DNA from: Azolla caroliniana
Lineage: Eukaryota; Plantae; Polypodiophyta
Assembly (NCBI GenBank): GCA_043228905.1
Contig: JBHGNT010000011.1
Span: 13,454,001 to 13,518,000, forward strand
Direction: 5' to 3'
DNA: 64,000 nt
Shown here piece by piece: positions 1 through 11,661 of this stretch. Position 1 is the stretch's first letter, and every line of letters begins with the position of its first letter. The position numbers and the translations under genes were made by a program. A model generated the notes under the pieces. That model saw nothing but the letters and a program-made list of their open reading frames with translations. It was not told the DNA's origin and searched no databases.

Positions 1-777
1 TCTCCACCCCACTCCCAGGAACATACAAAAACGGCCAACACCACGGAGGACGTAACAATGGAGGTAGAGCCGCAGCCGACTGCAAGCACGACAACGGCGG
101 AGCCCAACCCACTAACTCAAGCAGAGCCCACCGTACCCGGACAACCCACACACGGCGACGGCGACTTCAGGAGAAACCAGCCCGACCAAACAGAGGAGCC
201 ACACCACGATGCACCTACGGGCCCTACATCACCTCCGGACGAGGACACCACAGCAAAGCCGAACATCCAGGCCATTTTGGAAGAAGATTAAGGGATGGGT
301 CCAACATGCAAAGGCACTGTCCCACAGGCGTGCCAAGTGTTGTCCGTCGGAATTGTAACCGACGGACAAAAGCGTAGGAATAAGAAATTATATAAGAGCA
401 TAACGCATGTAACGGTTCACGCAGGAAGCGTGAACGGCTAATTAGACCCTGCATATATAAAGGGCAGAAAACCTTTGATGGAGGTGCGTGTAATTTTGGG
501 GAATGTAAAGAAACGCCTGATAATAGAATTCTATCTTCTCTGATTTTCTGTGTATAGCTACGGCTAGTTTAGTGTGGGTGTCTTGAATACTTAAGCGTTG
601 TAGTACGTAAGTGTAACCTTAATAGGGATTCGGTTGTAGCTGTCTTCCAATATACGCTGATAGGTTACAGGGGTTCTTCCCTTACGCATTACGCTTAAAC
701 ACCTGTTCGTTGTTCCACACCCACTTTGAGGTTTAGGTCGAAGGACTGACCGCGGACCGTGTTCCTAAACGGCAACA
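1..777 (+). mobile_element. 3' end of an LTR retrotransposon (probably Gypsy-type): low-complexity ORF tail (58-291) followed by the 3' LTR, inserted into the gag region of the Copia that follows
   Basis: Pro/Thr/Glu-rich ORF stops 46 bp before a TG..CA-bounded block; Copia gag/PR sequence starts right after 777; the CCAAG|TG junction matches that of the Gypsy 3' LTR at 45549. Confidence 0.6.
338..777 (+). repeat. LTR (about 440 bp)
   Basis: Starts TGTTGTCCGT and ends ACGGCAACA (imperfect terminal inverted repeat); TATATAAA near 454. Confidence 0.7.
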
Positions 778-807
778 GCTTCCATGTCAAGCCGACAACT
801 CACAAAT

Positions 808-946
808 TACGCGCACAATTCCGACTACGAAGATTGTGGTAGAATGTATGCACACAACTCCGACCGTGGCGGAATGTACGGGCACAACTCTGACTACGAA
901 GATCGTAGCGGAATGTGTGCACACAACTTCGACAATGGCGGAATGT
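808..946 (+). repeat. Four imperfect tandem units (alternating about 39/30 bp; YAHNSD(YED)xGGM) just upstream of the Copia protease
   Basis: Repeated GCACAAYTCCGAC...GGAATGT; visible in ORF 784-1083. Confidence 0.8.
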
Positions 947-3945
947 TCATGATGAAACATAGAGCAAACTCTATGTCGGCCGCTACCTCAACTAGTGCCT
1001 CCGGTCCGGAAGACGTATGGTTCGTCAATTCCGGTGCCTCGAACCATATGGCATCACAAAAAGAATGGTTCCGAGAACTTTGAGAGCCGGACCGACCCGG
1101 CTATGTCGAAAATGGAGACGACACTACGCACCCGATTCGGCACATCGGCAATGTTCCGTTCGGAAAAGAAGGTAAGCAAAATTACATTAAAAATGTCTTG
1201 CATGTACCGACCATTATGAAGAATTTGGTCTCCGTCGGGCAAATTGTAGAGCAAGGGATGCAAGTTCGATTTAATCAAGGCAGTTACTTCATCGAAAAAG
1301 AATGCCGACTCATCGCACGTGGACGAAGAGAGGGCCGAATGTTCATTCTCGACTCACACGAGATGAAATCGGCCATGTTCGCAAAGAGCACGAAAGCCGA
1401 CTCCGACATAGAGCTATGGCACAAGCGAATCGAACACATCAATCTCAACAAACTCAAATCAATGAAATCTAAAGGAGTCGTCATCGGACTCCCGACATTC
1501 AAAGAGAAGGAGATTGAAGGTGTATGCGAAGCGTGCCAATTCGGCAAGCAACACCGACACCCATTCCCAAAAGAGCGGAACGTGAGCAAAGGTCTACTCG
1601 ACGTAGTCCATTCTGACGTATGGGACCGGTGGAGACAGCTACATTCGGCAGATGCCGATATTACGTGCTCTTCACCGACGACTTCTCTAGGCACACTTGG
1701 ATCTACCCGATGCGGCAAAAGAGCGAAGTGTTCAGACACTTCCAAAAATTCAAGAATGAAGTCGAGAAAGCCACGGGCCGACATGTACGATGCCTTCTAT
1801 CAGATGGTGGCAAGGAGTACTTCTCGGACGATTTCACGGCGTATCTCCGAAAGGAAGGAATTCGGCGAGAATTCACTTGCCGACACACTCCGCAACAAAA
1901 CGAAGTAGTCGTTTTGTTGTTCGAGTGTGGGCCATGATGAATGAGAAGCATATGCCCAAGTCTTATTGGGCCGAAACTACAAATACGGCCGTCTACGAGG
2001 TCACTCCGCACGAAAAATACTTCGGAAAGAAGCCGGACTTATCGCACACCCGGATATTCGGTGCGATAGCATACTTGCACATCCTCGATGAGAAGCGTCA
2101 AAAGCTTGACCCGAAGTCGGAGAAATGTATCCTCGTAGGATACTCATTGAAGCAAAAGGGGTAAAAGTGTTACAACCCTTCAATTCGAAAATCTCGAGTA
2201 AGTTGAGACGTCATTTTTGACGAGTCCGCATCCTAGTATGCACCAGAGACAACTCGGACTCTGACTCCGCTCGACCCAAAATCCACCGAACAAGAGATAG
2301 AGGATGAAGATCGCCTTATGCGCATGTTCGAAGAAAGTCCGATCTCGACTCGACTAAGCGAACCACAAGAGCCTTTGAGCGATCAAAGAACATCACGGCC
2401 TAGCCCAAAAATGGACAAAGGCAAGGCGAAAATGGCGGAATACGCAGATGATCGCTTCGACGACGGTGAGTCGACTCACTCACTCGACAGTGAGTTCGGC
2501 TAAGAAAGCCCTCATCTCTGCAAATGAAAAGCTATGTCGCTCCACCTGTGAAAAGAATCCGGTCAGCCGATTTGGCTACAACGACTACATGGCATATCAC
2601 TATGCCTTTATGACGAAGGTGGCGACAGTACGCGAGCCGGAAACATTATCCAAAGCAGCCAAGGATCCGCAATGGATCGAAGTCATGAATGAGGAGATGC
2701 AGGCACTACGCAAGAACGAGACATGGGATCTCGTTCCCACCTCACCACACAAAAAGGCGATCGGATGCAGATGGATCTACAAAGTGAAGTACAACGCCGA
2801 CGATTCCGTCAACCGCTACAAAGCGCGACTCGTAGAGAAAGGCTACGCCCAAACAAACGGAGTTGACTACGAGGAGACCTTTGCCCCGGTGGCAAAGATG
2901 ATGACAATACGGACCGTCATTGCGCTTGCCGAGGCGAAAGGGTGGAACCTCCATCAAATGGACATCAAGAACGCCTTTCTACAAGGTAAATTAGAAGAGG
3001 AGGTGTACATGATACAACCACCCGGCTTTAACTCGAGCACCCATCCGAAAGCTGTTTGCCGACTCAAGAAGCCACTCTATGGCCTCAAGCAAGCACCGCG
3101 TGCTTGGCATTCGAAGATAACACAATATCTTCATCAAATTGGCTTCCGTATGTCAAAATCGGACAACTCCCTCTACATACGAAGCGATTCCGCCAGTCTG
3201 ATCATCATCATCTTATAAGTGGATGACCTAGTCATTGGAGGTGAGCATCTCGTCGAAATCAATAAGGTCAAATCCCTCCTTTCCGACAAGTTCGAGATGA
3301 CGGACATGAAAGAACTCCACTACTTCCTTGGCATCGAGGTAATTCGGACCCTGGCCGGAATCATGATTTCTCAACGGCACTACATCCTCAACTTGTTATA
3401 CAAGTTTGGTATGGCTAAGTGCAAATCCGTGTCAACCCCGCTCGATCATAATCTCAAACGAGATGTGAACTCCGACACCAAAGCGTGTGAGCCGACTCAG
3501 TATCGGCAACTCATCGGGAGTCTCATCTACCTCACGATCACTCGACCCGATCTCAGTTATCTGGCCGGTCTCCTTAGTCAATTCATGCAAACACCGCGTG
3601 ATACTCACTTGGATTGCGCTAAGTGAGTTCTACAGTACGTGAGCGGCACAATGGATTGCAGCATCCTCTACAAGACCGCGATGCCAATACGCCTCGAGGG
3701 GTACACATACGCTGATTGGGCCGGCTACAAAGCCGATAAAAGATCAACCTCCGGATTTGTTTTCTCCCTCGGCAGCGGAGCAATATCCTGGAGCAGCAAG
3801 GAGCAGCCTATCATCGCTCTTTCGAGTACGGAGGCAGAATACAAGAGGATTTTGAAGGATCTGGGCATACCCATCAAGGATCCGACTTCCCTTTACTGGG
3901 ACAACATGAGTAATATCTATCTGGCTCAGAACCCGGTGTTCCACA

Positions 3946-4691
3946 TGTTAGGAGATAGGTCCCTCCGGATGGGAAGGGAGAAGAACAGTGTTGATGAACA
4001 AACCGTATGAGGTGGACCCGGCTACGGAGAGCCGGATGATACAGACCCGGTGAAGACCGGATGAGGAGGACCCGGCTACGGAGAACCGGATGATACAGAC
4101 CCGGTGAAGACCGGATGAGGAGTACCCGGCTATGGAGAGTCGGATGGTGCAGGCCCGGTGAGAACCGGATGAGGAGCACCAGGCTACGGAGAGCCGGATG
4201 ACGCAGACCCGGTGAGAACCGGAGGAAGAGACATATTCGTAAATATGTTTCTGAGAGCCCATCGAGGCTATATTTGTAAATAGCCGAAAAGTCATATTAG
4301 TATAAATATGACTTAGGGCAAACCTTGTGTAGTGGTCTTTTTTTTTTCTTGTTGGTGCAAGAAGTAGAGAGAGCACGTAACGGTGTACAGAGAGAGAGAG
4401 AGAGAGAAAGAGGTCGTTGCCTCTGTTGTAACCGCCGTCTGTGGCGAAGATCGTGAGCACGAAGTCGTTGCCTTCGTGAACTCATTGTTTTGTACATTCC
4501 AACTTAGTGATAGTTTGCAGCCTGTGGGCTGCCGTGGTTTTTCCCCTAGTTTGGGGTTTTCCACGTAAACATTCTGTGTACCCTTTTTTTCTCTCCTTTG
4601 TGTCGCGTGTTCTCATTTCCTGTTTCCTGTGTACGAAAAGAAGCTCGGTTGTGGCCGAGCGTTGTGTAGAAGGAGCGTTGAGTTCCCGTCA
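3946..4691 (+). mobile_element. Solo LTR (746 bp, Tork/Tnt1-type Copia LTR) inserted in RNase H
   Basis: TG..CA ends; TSD CCACA/CCACG; splits NPVFH|AQTKHIEV; carries the GGGGTTTTCCACGTAAA motif also found in the LTRs of the element at 53630-63592. Confidence 0.92.
4003..4222 (+). repeat. 54-bp tandem repeat, 4 copies, in the U3 of the solo LTR
   Basis: Unit CCGGATGAGGAGGACCCGGCTACGGAGAACCGGATGATACAGACCCGGTGAAGA; gives 18-aa periodicity in antisense ORFs. Confidence 0.9.
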
Positions 4692-5180
4692 CCACGCGCA
4701 GACAAAGCACATCGAAGTGCATTATCACTTCATCCGAGAGCGTGTTCTAGCTTGTGATGTCGACCTACAACACATTAGCATCAATCTTCAAACGGCAGAC
4801 ATCTTCACTAAAGCCTTAGGATCCGACAAGCTATGGCAATTCATGACCGATCTCGAATTGACGATCCCTGACCTGCCAAGCTTGAGGGGGAATACTAAAC
4901 ACATTACGCAATAATGCGTGGATTCCGCAAGCCACGCACACTACGCAAGAACGCGTGGATTACGCAACCACGCAACGAAGCCATGAAGAGCCGATCTACC
5001 GCGCAAAGCCGCAAAGAAAGACGCAAGCCGAAGCACAGACTTCGCAACTATGCACAACGCAAGCTGGAGCACGGATTCCGCAACTCCGCATAAATGCGAG
5101 TCGACGCGAACTCCAAAACGCGAGTCGAAGCAGATTTCGAATACCGTCTGAAACCGACCCGACTTGAGCTTGAGGGGGCG

Positions 5181-5576
5181 TGTTGAGAATCAAGGTCAAC
5201 TTGGTTTAGTGTGTGAACTCACCTTGAGAGTGAATAGACACTCCAACGGTCAAGAGTCACTATTAAGTCACCACTTTGTATTCTAGCATTTAGTATGAGT
5301 CATAGAATCATATTCTATGACACATAACTTATGAGCTTTCACATTCCCCATGCTCCATGAGTCTTGTAGTTAATGAAGAGAGAGGGTGACTACATAAAGC
5401 ACCCTCCTCCCACCTTGTATAATGTTGAGTCTTTCTCCTTTGTTAATATACTCTTACCTTGCGTATTCTCTGTGTCTTATTCCTTGTCTCTCTCTCTCAC
5501 TCTCTCTCTCTCTCTCATACACACACATAACTCATATCTCTTCCGCTTCACAAGAATCCATATCCGATTCTTTACA
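5181..5576 (+). repeat. 3' LTR of the Copia element
   Basis: TGTTGAGA...TTTACA, preceded by a PPT; contains CT microsatellite. Confidence 0.88.
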
Positions 5577-8313
5577 ACTCTACGATCGTCGGGTCGATGC
5601 ACCCGATTTCCCCCAACGAGAATGCAAAGGCTTTCCCGTGCCTTTCGAGCATCCTCTGAAACAGGTCCTCCTTCAAGGGCAGTAGGAAGCCACCCCCACC
5701 AATCTTGAGCTTCCGCAATGTCTTGTCGGTGAACCAGTTTCCTATGTCAACTAGATCTTGTAAACTTGGGTTTGTCACGACCCCTTTCATCTATTCCCAG
5801 CTGTCATCCGGCAAGGGTGCCGCGACTGGCCTCACCTTCTGGTCCACAATCTTGTACTTGGTGTGTACTCGGGTCGTCCGATCCGACCCCGTCATCTTCC
5901 CGAGGTCCGCGATGACTTCGTACATCTCGATGGAATTTACCGGAACAGCCCAGTCTTCGCTAAGATCCTCTTCGACTATCTTCTCGATCTCCCCGAGGGT
6001 GTCATCGAATGAGACCGCCTGCACGTCATCGCTGACCTCATCGTCCGAACCTAGGCACCACATGCCTTCGGGCGTCCTTCGACCTACTTCTTCTCCTTGC
6101 CAACGATACCAGTTAAGGTACAACCTCTGTTAGCGGAGGGCCAAAATTTCCTACTTATGGTACAGATGTGTGGTTTCCCCCGGTTGTCCAGACTATCGCG
6201 ACCCCACGCCTTGATAGTCCTCTTTAAAAATCATCTTGGCCATTGCTGCCGAGAAAATCTCAGTTTCGTTCATGATTCGGCCTTACCGTCAAGAATTGGA
6301 CGGAGTGCTTACCATCCATGCTCTTTACCCTCACGTACGCCAAACCGTTGTCCAGCACTTTGGTCTCTATACGGGCCGTCGTAATGTAAGGTTCCTCGAG
6401 AATCACCGGATGGGACGATGTCTCTTGCACGAAGAAGTGCTAGTCAATCTCAACATCCCCGATCTTTACTTAGACGTGCTTGGTGTTGATCAGCCATTGA
6501 CCCTTCTTGTAGAAGTCCATCGACATCAGATTGATTTCTGATCCGTGGTCGATAAGTGCCACCACAAGCTCCTTCACATCCCCGATCCGGACCGGGGTTT
6601 TTGTAATCGCCCTAGCCCAGTGTGGGTTCATGTAGTGACTCTCTGGAAACTCCTCTTCCATCACCACCTCTTCGAGGTGGGCCGACTTTACTTCGATCAG
6701 CTTCTCCGGCTCTGGCTCAATCGAGAACCGTTTTCTCTTTACCAGGACCACAATGGAATCGTAGAATTCTTCGTGGCGATCCCTAGCACCTCCCTCAATG
6801 AGAGTTCCACCTTGTTGTCGAGGATTCGTTCCTTCAAGACCTTCCGTAAGTCCTTCACTCTCTCTATCTCCGAGCTCAACCAGAATCTTGGTAATTTCAC
6901 CTTCTCCTTCAAGCCGGTCGAACCTCTGTCATTTATCTTCGAACTGCTCTGGGTCTCATATCGTTTCGAAGGTCTCGCTCCTCTGGATTTTCCGGCCCAC
7001 TTGTCTTCTAGCAGGACCTCATACTTCTTGCATGCGGCTTCCGCAAAGCCGGTTTTCTCTTTTACTGGATCATTCCATCCGGTGCAATCTTGGATCCGCC
7101 TCTCCACGCGGTCGCCTCTTCCTTCTGTAGCCTCACCCCCATGAGGCCTTCCAGTACTGGCGGCCAAAATCCGGTATTGCTTCCGGATGTGGCACCCATC
7201 TCTCCGCCTACGCAAATCCCTGCCGACATTGAGTAGTGAATGGTCTCGGTGTTCTGGGCCACGGCTTCCTCCATTATCCTCTTCATGCCGCCTCATACTA
7301 TGTTCACCTCGAGGGGCCTTCGTGTATCGCATGCATGTACCCACCCGTTCCAAAGGTACACAACATTGTTCTTGAGTGCTCCGGCGAAATCGGCGACTAT
7401 CTTCAGATGTGGCCAATAACATCACACCACAAGCATCATTGGTCAACCGGAGTCCTCCGATCACGCGACTGTCCCCCGCCATCTCTCCGAGCTTGCACGA
7501 TCTGGAGATCGCGCACCATCTTTGTCAACTCCTCCAGAGATGCGCCCCCGGATGGGCCCTTGACCATGTCGGTCGGAACCGTGCCCAACTCGAACCACCT
7601 TTGTGTCTCTTTTGTCTGCGCTGGAATCGGTTCCTCCGGCTTCTTCTCGGCATCCGGGCCGGTCGTCGACAACCCCGCATTGTTCCATTCTCGCCGTTTG
7701 TTGAAACGGCTACTGACCCTCTTTATCACAGCCCAATCGATCGTGAGCCCTTCATCCGTCTCCAACAGGAGACCTACCTTTTCTCGGTCGAGTGGATCAA
7801 CCGACTTGATAAACAATAGGACCTTGCTCGTGTCGAGCACGGTCCGGTCCAGCGTCGAGAGCAGCGCGAATCATCTTTAAACCTCCTTGAGGAGCGTTGA
7901 TGTGTTCCTTCCTTTTCTAGGGCTTTCAACCCACTCCATCAGCTCCCTTTTCAATAACCAGAGCGAGTCATCAAAACCGTATCTTTCGAGGAACCGCTCC
8001 TCGAACTCCTACCAACTTCGACAGTCAACCTGCATCTCGAGCACCTCTACATGGATGCTTGGCCTAACTACCCGTGCAAACGTGGACAACCATCTATCGT
8101 TCGGAACATCTCTCATCAGCATCTCGGCCTTGAAAGCCTCCAAGTAGTTAGTGACATCCTTTCTGTTGAATCGGCCTCTCATGCCGACTACCATTTCCAC
8201 AGCCCTGTGGAGGCCACTAAGGCTCTCTCGAGCATTAACCAAGTAGTCGACAGCCACCGCCATCGCTTTAACGAGTTCGCTTCCTGTCATTTTCGAACTC
8301 CTCTGCTGCCCCT

Positions 8314-8331
8314 TTCACATCGGGTTCACCA
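8314..8331 (-). promoter_or_regulatory. Primer-binding site complementary to the tRNA-Trp 3' end
   Basis: + strand TTCACATCGGGTTCACCA versus plant tRNA-Trp 3' end TTCACGTCGGGTTCACCA (recalled; 17/18), 4 nt from the LTR. Confidence 0.85.
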
Positions 8332-8335
8332 AAGA

Positions 8336-8874
8336 TGTCACGGGTTTCCGCGGGGATGCGTACAAATGGGATAGGACCACCAGTGTCTTGGACCAAGGAG
8401 CCGGTAAGGGAGAAAGGTGGTTCAGGTAGGAGTCCTGATAGCTTCGCCAGATCGGTTTCCGAGTGCGGTTACGATCTGGAACGATTTCGGATTTCAGCCA
8501 GTTATCGCACGACCTGAAGAAGTGTATTGATCCGAGCAGGATGCCGGACAGCAGCGGTGAGCTCTAGGTCTCATGGCTTTGAACGCGCAGACCACTCTCG
8601 AGAGACGCACACACACAGAGAAACTCAGGACAATGAACCTCTGGTCGGGAGCTCACGAGCTTCCCGCACGAGCAGAGGCTTTACCTTCTTCCTGGAGCAC
8701 AAGACGGAGAGAGAAGAGAGAGAGCTCGGCACTCAAATCGACAACACTTCACCTAGCCAAATAGAGTGTAGTTCACTATCAATCCAATTTCAATGACCAA
8801 TCACATATTTAGGTGCCTTTGTGTCGTTTTCCAGGCCGGTCCTGCTTTGAGTGAGTACAACATCTACAGGGACA
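8336..8874 (-). repeat. 5' LTR of the Gypsy element (539 bp)
   Basis: TGTC...GACA ends, adjacent to the PBS. Confidence 0.8.
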
Positions 8875-9854
8875 GATCCAACTAGTCTTCCCGAATGACT
8901 TCTAGTCAAATGAAGCATGGAAGGGGGTTGTTCTAGGGGCCAAATCTTCTCTGGATGGTTACGATGAGTGGATGAACAACGCCGAATGGCCTGATCAATT
9001 GTTGCCTAACCGGATAGAGCACGGGTGTGGTCGTTAAATTTGGAATCTCACTTCAGGAGGATACAATCATAGAGGCAAAGAGCGGTCGACTAGCCTACTC
9101 TAGAGGTGATTTAACACATTGAAGTGTAGACCCGTGGTTGTTTCTTCTCAAGAAGAAATGATCTTTTGGGAGTTTTCGGCCATAAGATTTCAGTTGGACG
9201 AAAACCTCAGAATCTATTCTATCAAGAAAATATAGTTAGAAGAACTTTAAGGGTTGCCAAAAAAGAGATGTTGATGAAGACAAGAAGATGGTCGGCTACA
9301 AAATCACGAAATACCAAGCTCTAATACCTAATGTTGGAATTGGCTGTCAGGATGCAGAACAAAGTCAACACTCTAAGAGATGAAGGTCTTGAGATGATAC
9401 AAAGGAACAGATTGATAACACAAGAGTATTGAATCTTAAGACAAGATCAACAAGAAAAACAGAGAGAAGAAAGGCACCAAAGTAGGCACAAGGCAATGTA
9501 GCTATATTATTACACTGAAAGTTACAATGGCACAATGTGCAAAATTAACAACCTTAAACTAGGTTACAAAGAGCTAGTTTAAATACCAACTGAATTAGGT
9601 AAAGTTCTTTTTGCACTATTTATATAAATTGTCTAAACCTAGTGTGTCCAAGTGGGATAGTGTGAATACGCCCTTTAAGTACCCATATTTGATAGGGTGT
9701 TCAAGGGAAGAAATAGAGGTCACCTGCAAATTTAGGAAGGAAGCTTCAAGTGGTACAACAACATTACATCAAGTAAAGGAAATGCCTCTGTTGATCGTAG
9801 ATGAGGCACTCTTGTCGATACCACAAGCCTTGTCGATACATGCTTTACTTATCA
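8875..9854 (-). mobile_element. Old Copia-type 5' end: leader, degenerate tRNA-iMet PBS and LTR starting at 9332; right boundary approximate
   Basis: GCTCTAATACCTA (decayed GCTCTGATACCA) followed by TGTTGG at 9332. Confidence 0.55.
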
Positions 9855-9865
9855 TTTCAAATCCC

Positions 9866-10846
9866 TGTCTAGCCCCACTTCAACCCGCTCTTGTCCCTAT
9901 GGCCCTTTCCCACCTTGGCCATCCTGGCCAGCCAACATCGAGATTGAGTCTAAGTCCAAGTCAGAGATGTGAGACTAGGGGGCCGCGAAGCAAGAGCTCG
10001 AGATTGAGACCGTGTTCGAGAATGGGATCAAAGCCCAAGGATTCGGCCTCAACCTTGGTGGTCAAGGATGAGCTCAAGGAAGGAATGAGACAAGAGGCAG
10101 AGACCAAGTCGGAGGAGTCCACACACCTTTTCTTTGCCTTCTTTTTCTTTGCCTACTTCACCAAGGAACCCCCTCAAGGAGCCAAGATCCAAGAGACCGA
10201 ACCGGAAGTAGTCAAGCCAAGGAGTCGAATTCGTGAGCTTGATGGAACTCAAGCTCCATGGGACAGGGTAAATGTGGTGCTCCTAAACAATCCCATTGGG
10301 AATGTGGTCTCAAAGTGAGTTGGGACAGACTCAAGAAGTCCCAAAAAAAGTTGGGACAAACCCACAAAATCCAGATCGAGGTTATCATGAGCATAAGGAG
10401 TTGGGACCCAAGAAGGGTACTCATCCCAGTTCCAGTCCCAATTCCCGAAAAAGGGTGACACCCTTGGGGTTGAGACTTCTAGTCCCAATCGGAGTTAGGA
10501 CTCACAAAAGACCGAGTCCCAAACACTGCTACAAAGGGAATGCCTCCCTTGGCATAATGGGTTTGGAAGCCCAACAATGACCTCTTGGCATAACGGCTTG
10601 GGTAACCCAACAGGTAACCCCTAGCCTATATATGGAGGAGCTTCTCCTCATTTTGTATTCATTCCTTGATTTGCAAACTCTCTCCTCCCACTCTCATTAA
10701 TTATAGTAGTTGTAAGGGACTTGTAATGAATCATCTTTGTAATCATGCTTAAGTTATATTAATGAAACCTCTCTTTTGCCTATTATCCATTCTCCCAACT
10801 ATGTTTTGGGCTCATTTCGAGACCCCCATGTTTTAGGTTCATCACA
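9866..10846 (+). repeat. LTR-like sequence; boundaries approximate
   Basis: Internal short repeats (TTGGGAC/GTCCCAA), CCTATATAT box near 10626, TGT..CACA ends; no TSD found. Confidence 0.45.
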
Positions 10847-11278
10847 ATAAATGTGAAACAAGATCAAGGGAATGACCCCAAAGGGTTTTCCTTTACCCTA
10901 AATCATAACGGGATAATTTGGACACAATTGATTCAAGCAAGTCGAGAGTTAATGTAATGATATACTTGTGGGAGTGCATAAAGGGGACAAAGGGTCGTCT
11001 CTTGATTGGCCTCCTAGGCATGCAAAGATTGAGACGGAAAATGGGTCATCAAAAGTGTTGCAAGTGATGCTAGAATTCTTCTGATTGTCTACATACATGC
11101 ATAAATGCTAACTACTGAAAGGGAGCTCGAAATAATTTAGGCATGGGCATGCCTTGACGAAAAGAGACATGGGTGGTTAGAGTGCAACCTACTCATGGAG
11201 TAGTGGAAAAAAATCAATAGTTGACCTGATTAGTTATTGATGAAGTTGTTAACGTGGAATGCATAGGGAATTTTGAAA

Positions 11279-11661
11279 TGTTACGTGCAGAAGCTATGTG
11301 AAAAAAACATAATACCGACAGAGAAAAACAGGTTTAATGGAGAGCTTAAGACACAATGTACGCGGGAGAGACAGAGAGGGAAAAACACACAAAAAAAACT
11401 AAATTCAAAATAATGTGTAAACTCTGTACATAGGATGTGCTCAGAGACACTTTTATACAACTCCATACGGACTGACAGAAGTATTGACACGTACTTCAAT
11501 GCTCATAACTGAGCTCCTACACTAACTCCCAAATATATTCCCTCGCAGAATATTTGTTCAACTGTCTCCCAGTTTGCGCACCGATCCGGCCTCTTGTTGC
11601 ACACCAGTTTATGCACTGATTTACACACCGATCCAGACAATGTTGAGCTTGTATCTCAACA
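11279..11661 (-). repeat. 3' LTR (383 bp)
   Basis: TG..CA; followed on + by the reverse-complement PPT CTCCCCCTCAAG. Confidence 0.88.

Larger units (their letters stand above)
784..4914 (+). pseudogene. Copia pol (protease, GAG-pre-integrase, integrase, RT, RNase H) with stops and frameshifts
   Basis: WFVNSGASNHM (PR), LWHKRIEH..CEAC, VHSDVW, SDGGKEY (IN), RYKARLV, QMDIKNAFL, LYGLKQAPRAW (RT), ADWAG, SSTEAEY, TKHIEVHYHFIRE (RH). Confidence 0.95.
778..5576 (+). mobile_element. Ty1/Copia LTR retrotransposon, degenerate; 5' part lies outside the window or is interrupted
   Basis: Domain order PR-IN-RT-RH; PPT TTGAGGGGGCG directly before an LTR at 5181; Gypsy pol resumes at 5577. Confidence 0.95.
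5577..8874 (-). mobile_element. Ty3/Gypsy (non-chromovirus) element, 5' half: LTR, PBS, gag, PR and start of RT; interrupted by the Copia
   Basis: gag RFNRKDVTNYLEAF, PR ALIDHGSEIN, pre-RT VHTKYKIVDQKVRPV and MLERHGKAFAF; homologous to 46718-52367. Confidence 0.92.

Noticed and set aside
4003-4222. Regularly spaced repeats resembling a CRISPR array
   Set aside because: Head-to-tail 54-bp units with no unique spacers, inside an LTR in eukaryotic DNA; no cas genes
6545-7880. Long plus-strand ORFs (199 and 214 aa)
   Set aside because: Antisense shadows of the Gypsy gag/PR region with no independent coding signal
9611-10318. 235-aa ORF as a host gene
   Set aside because: TTG start, no recognisable domain, and it spans the junction of two LTR-like blocks
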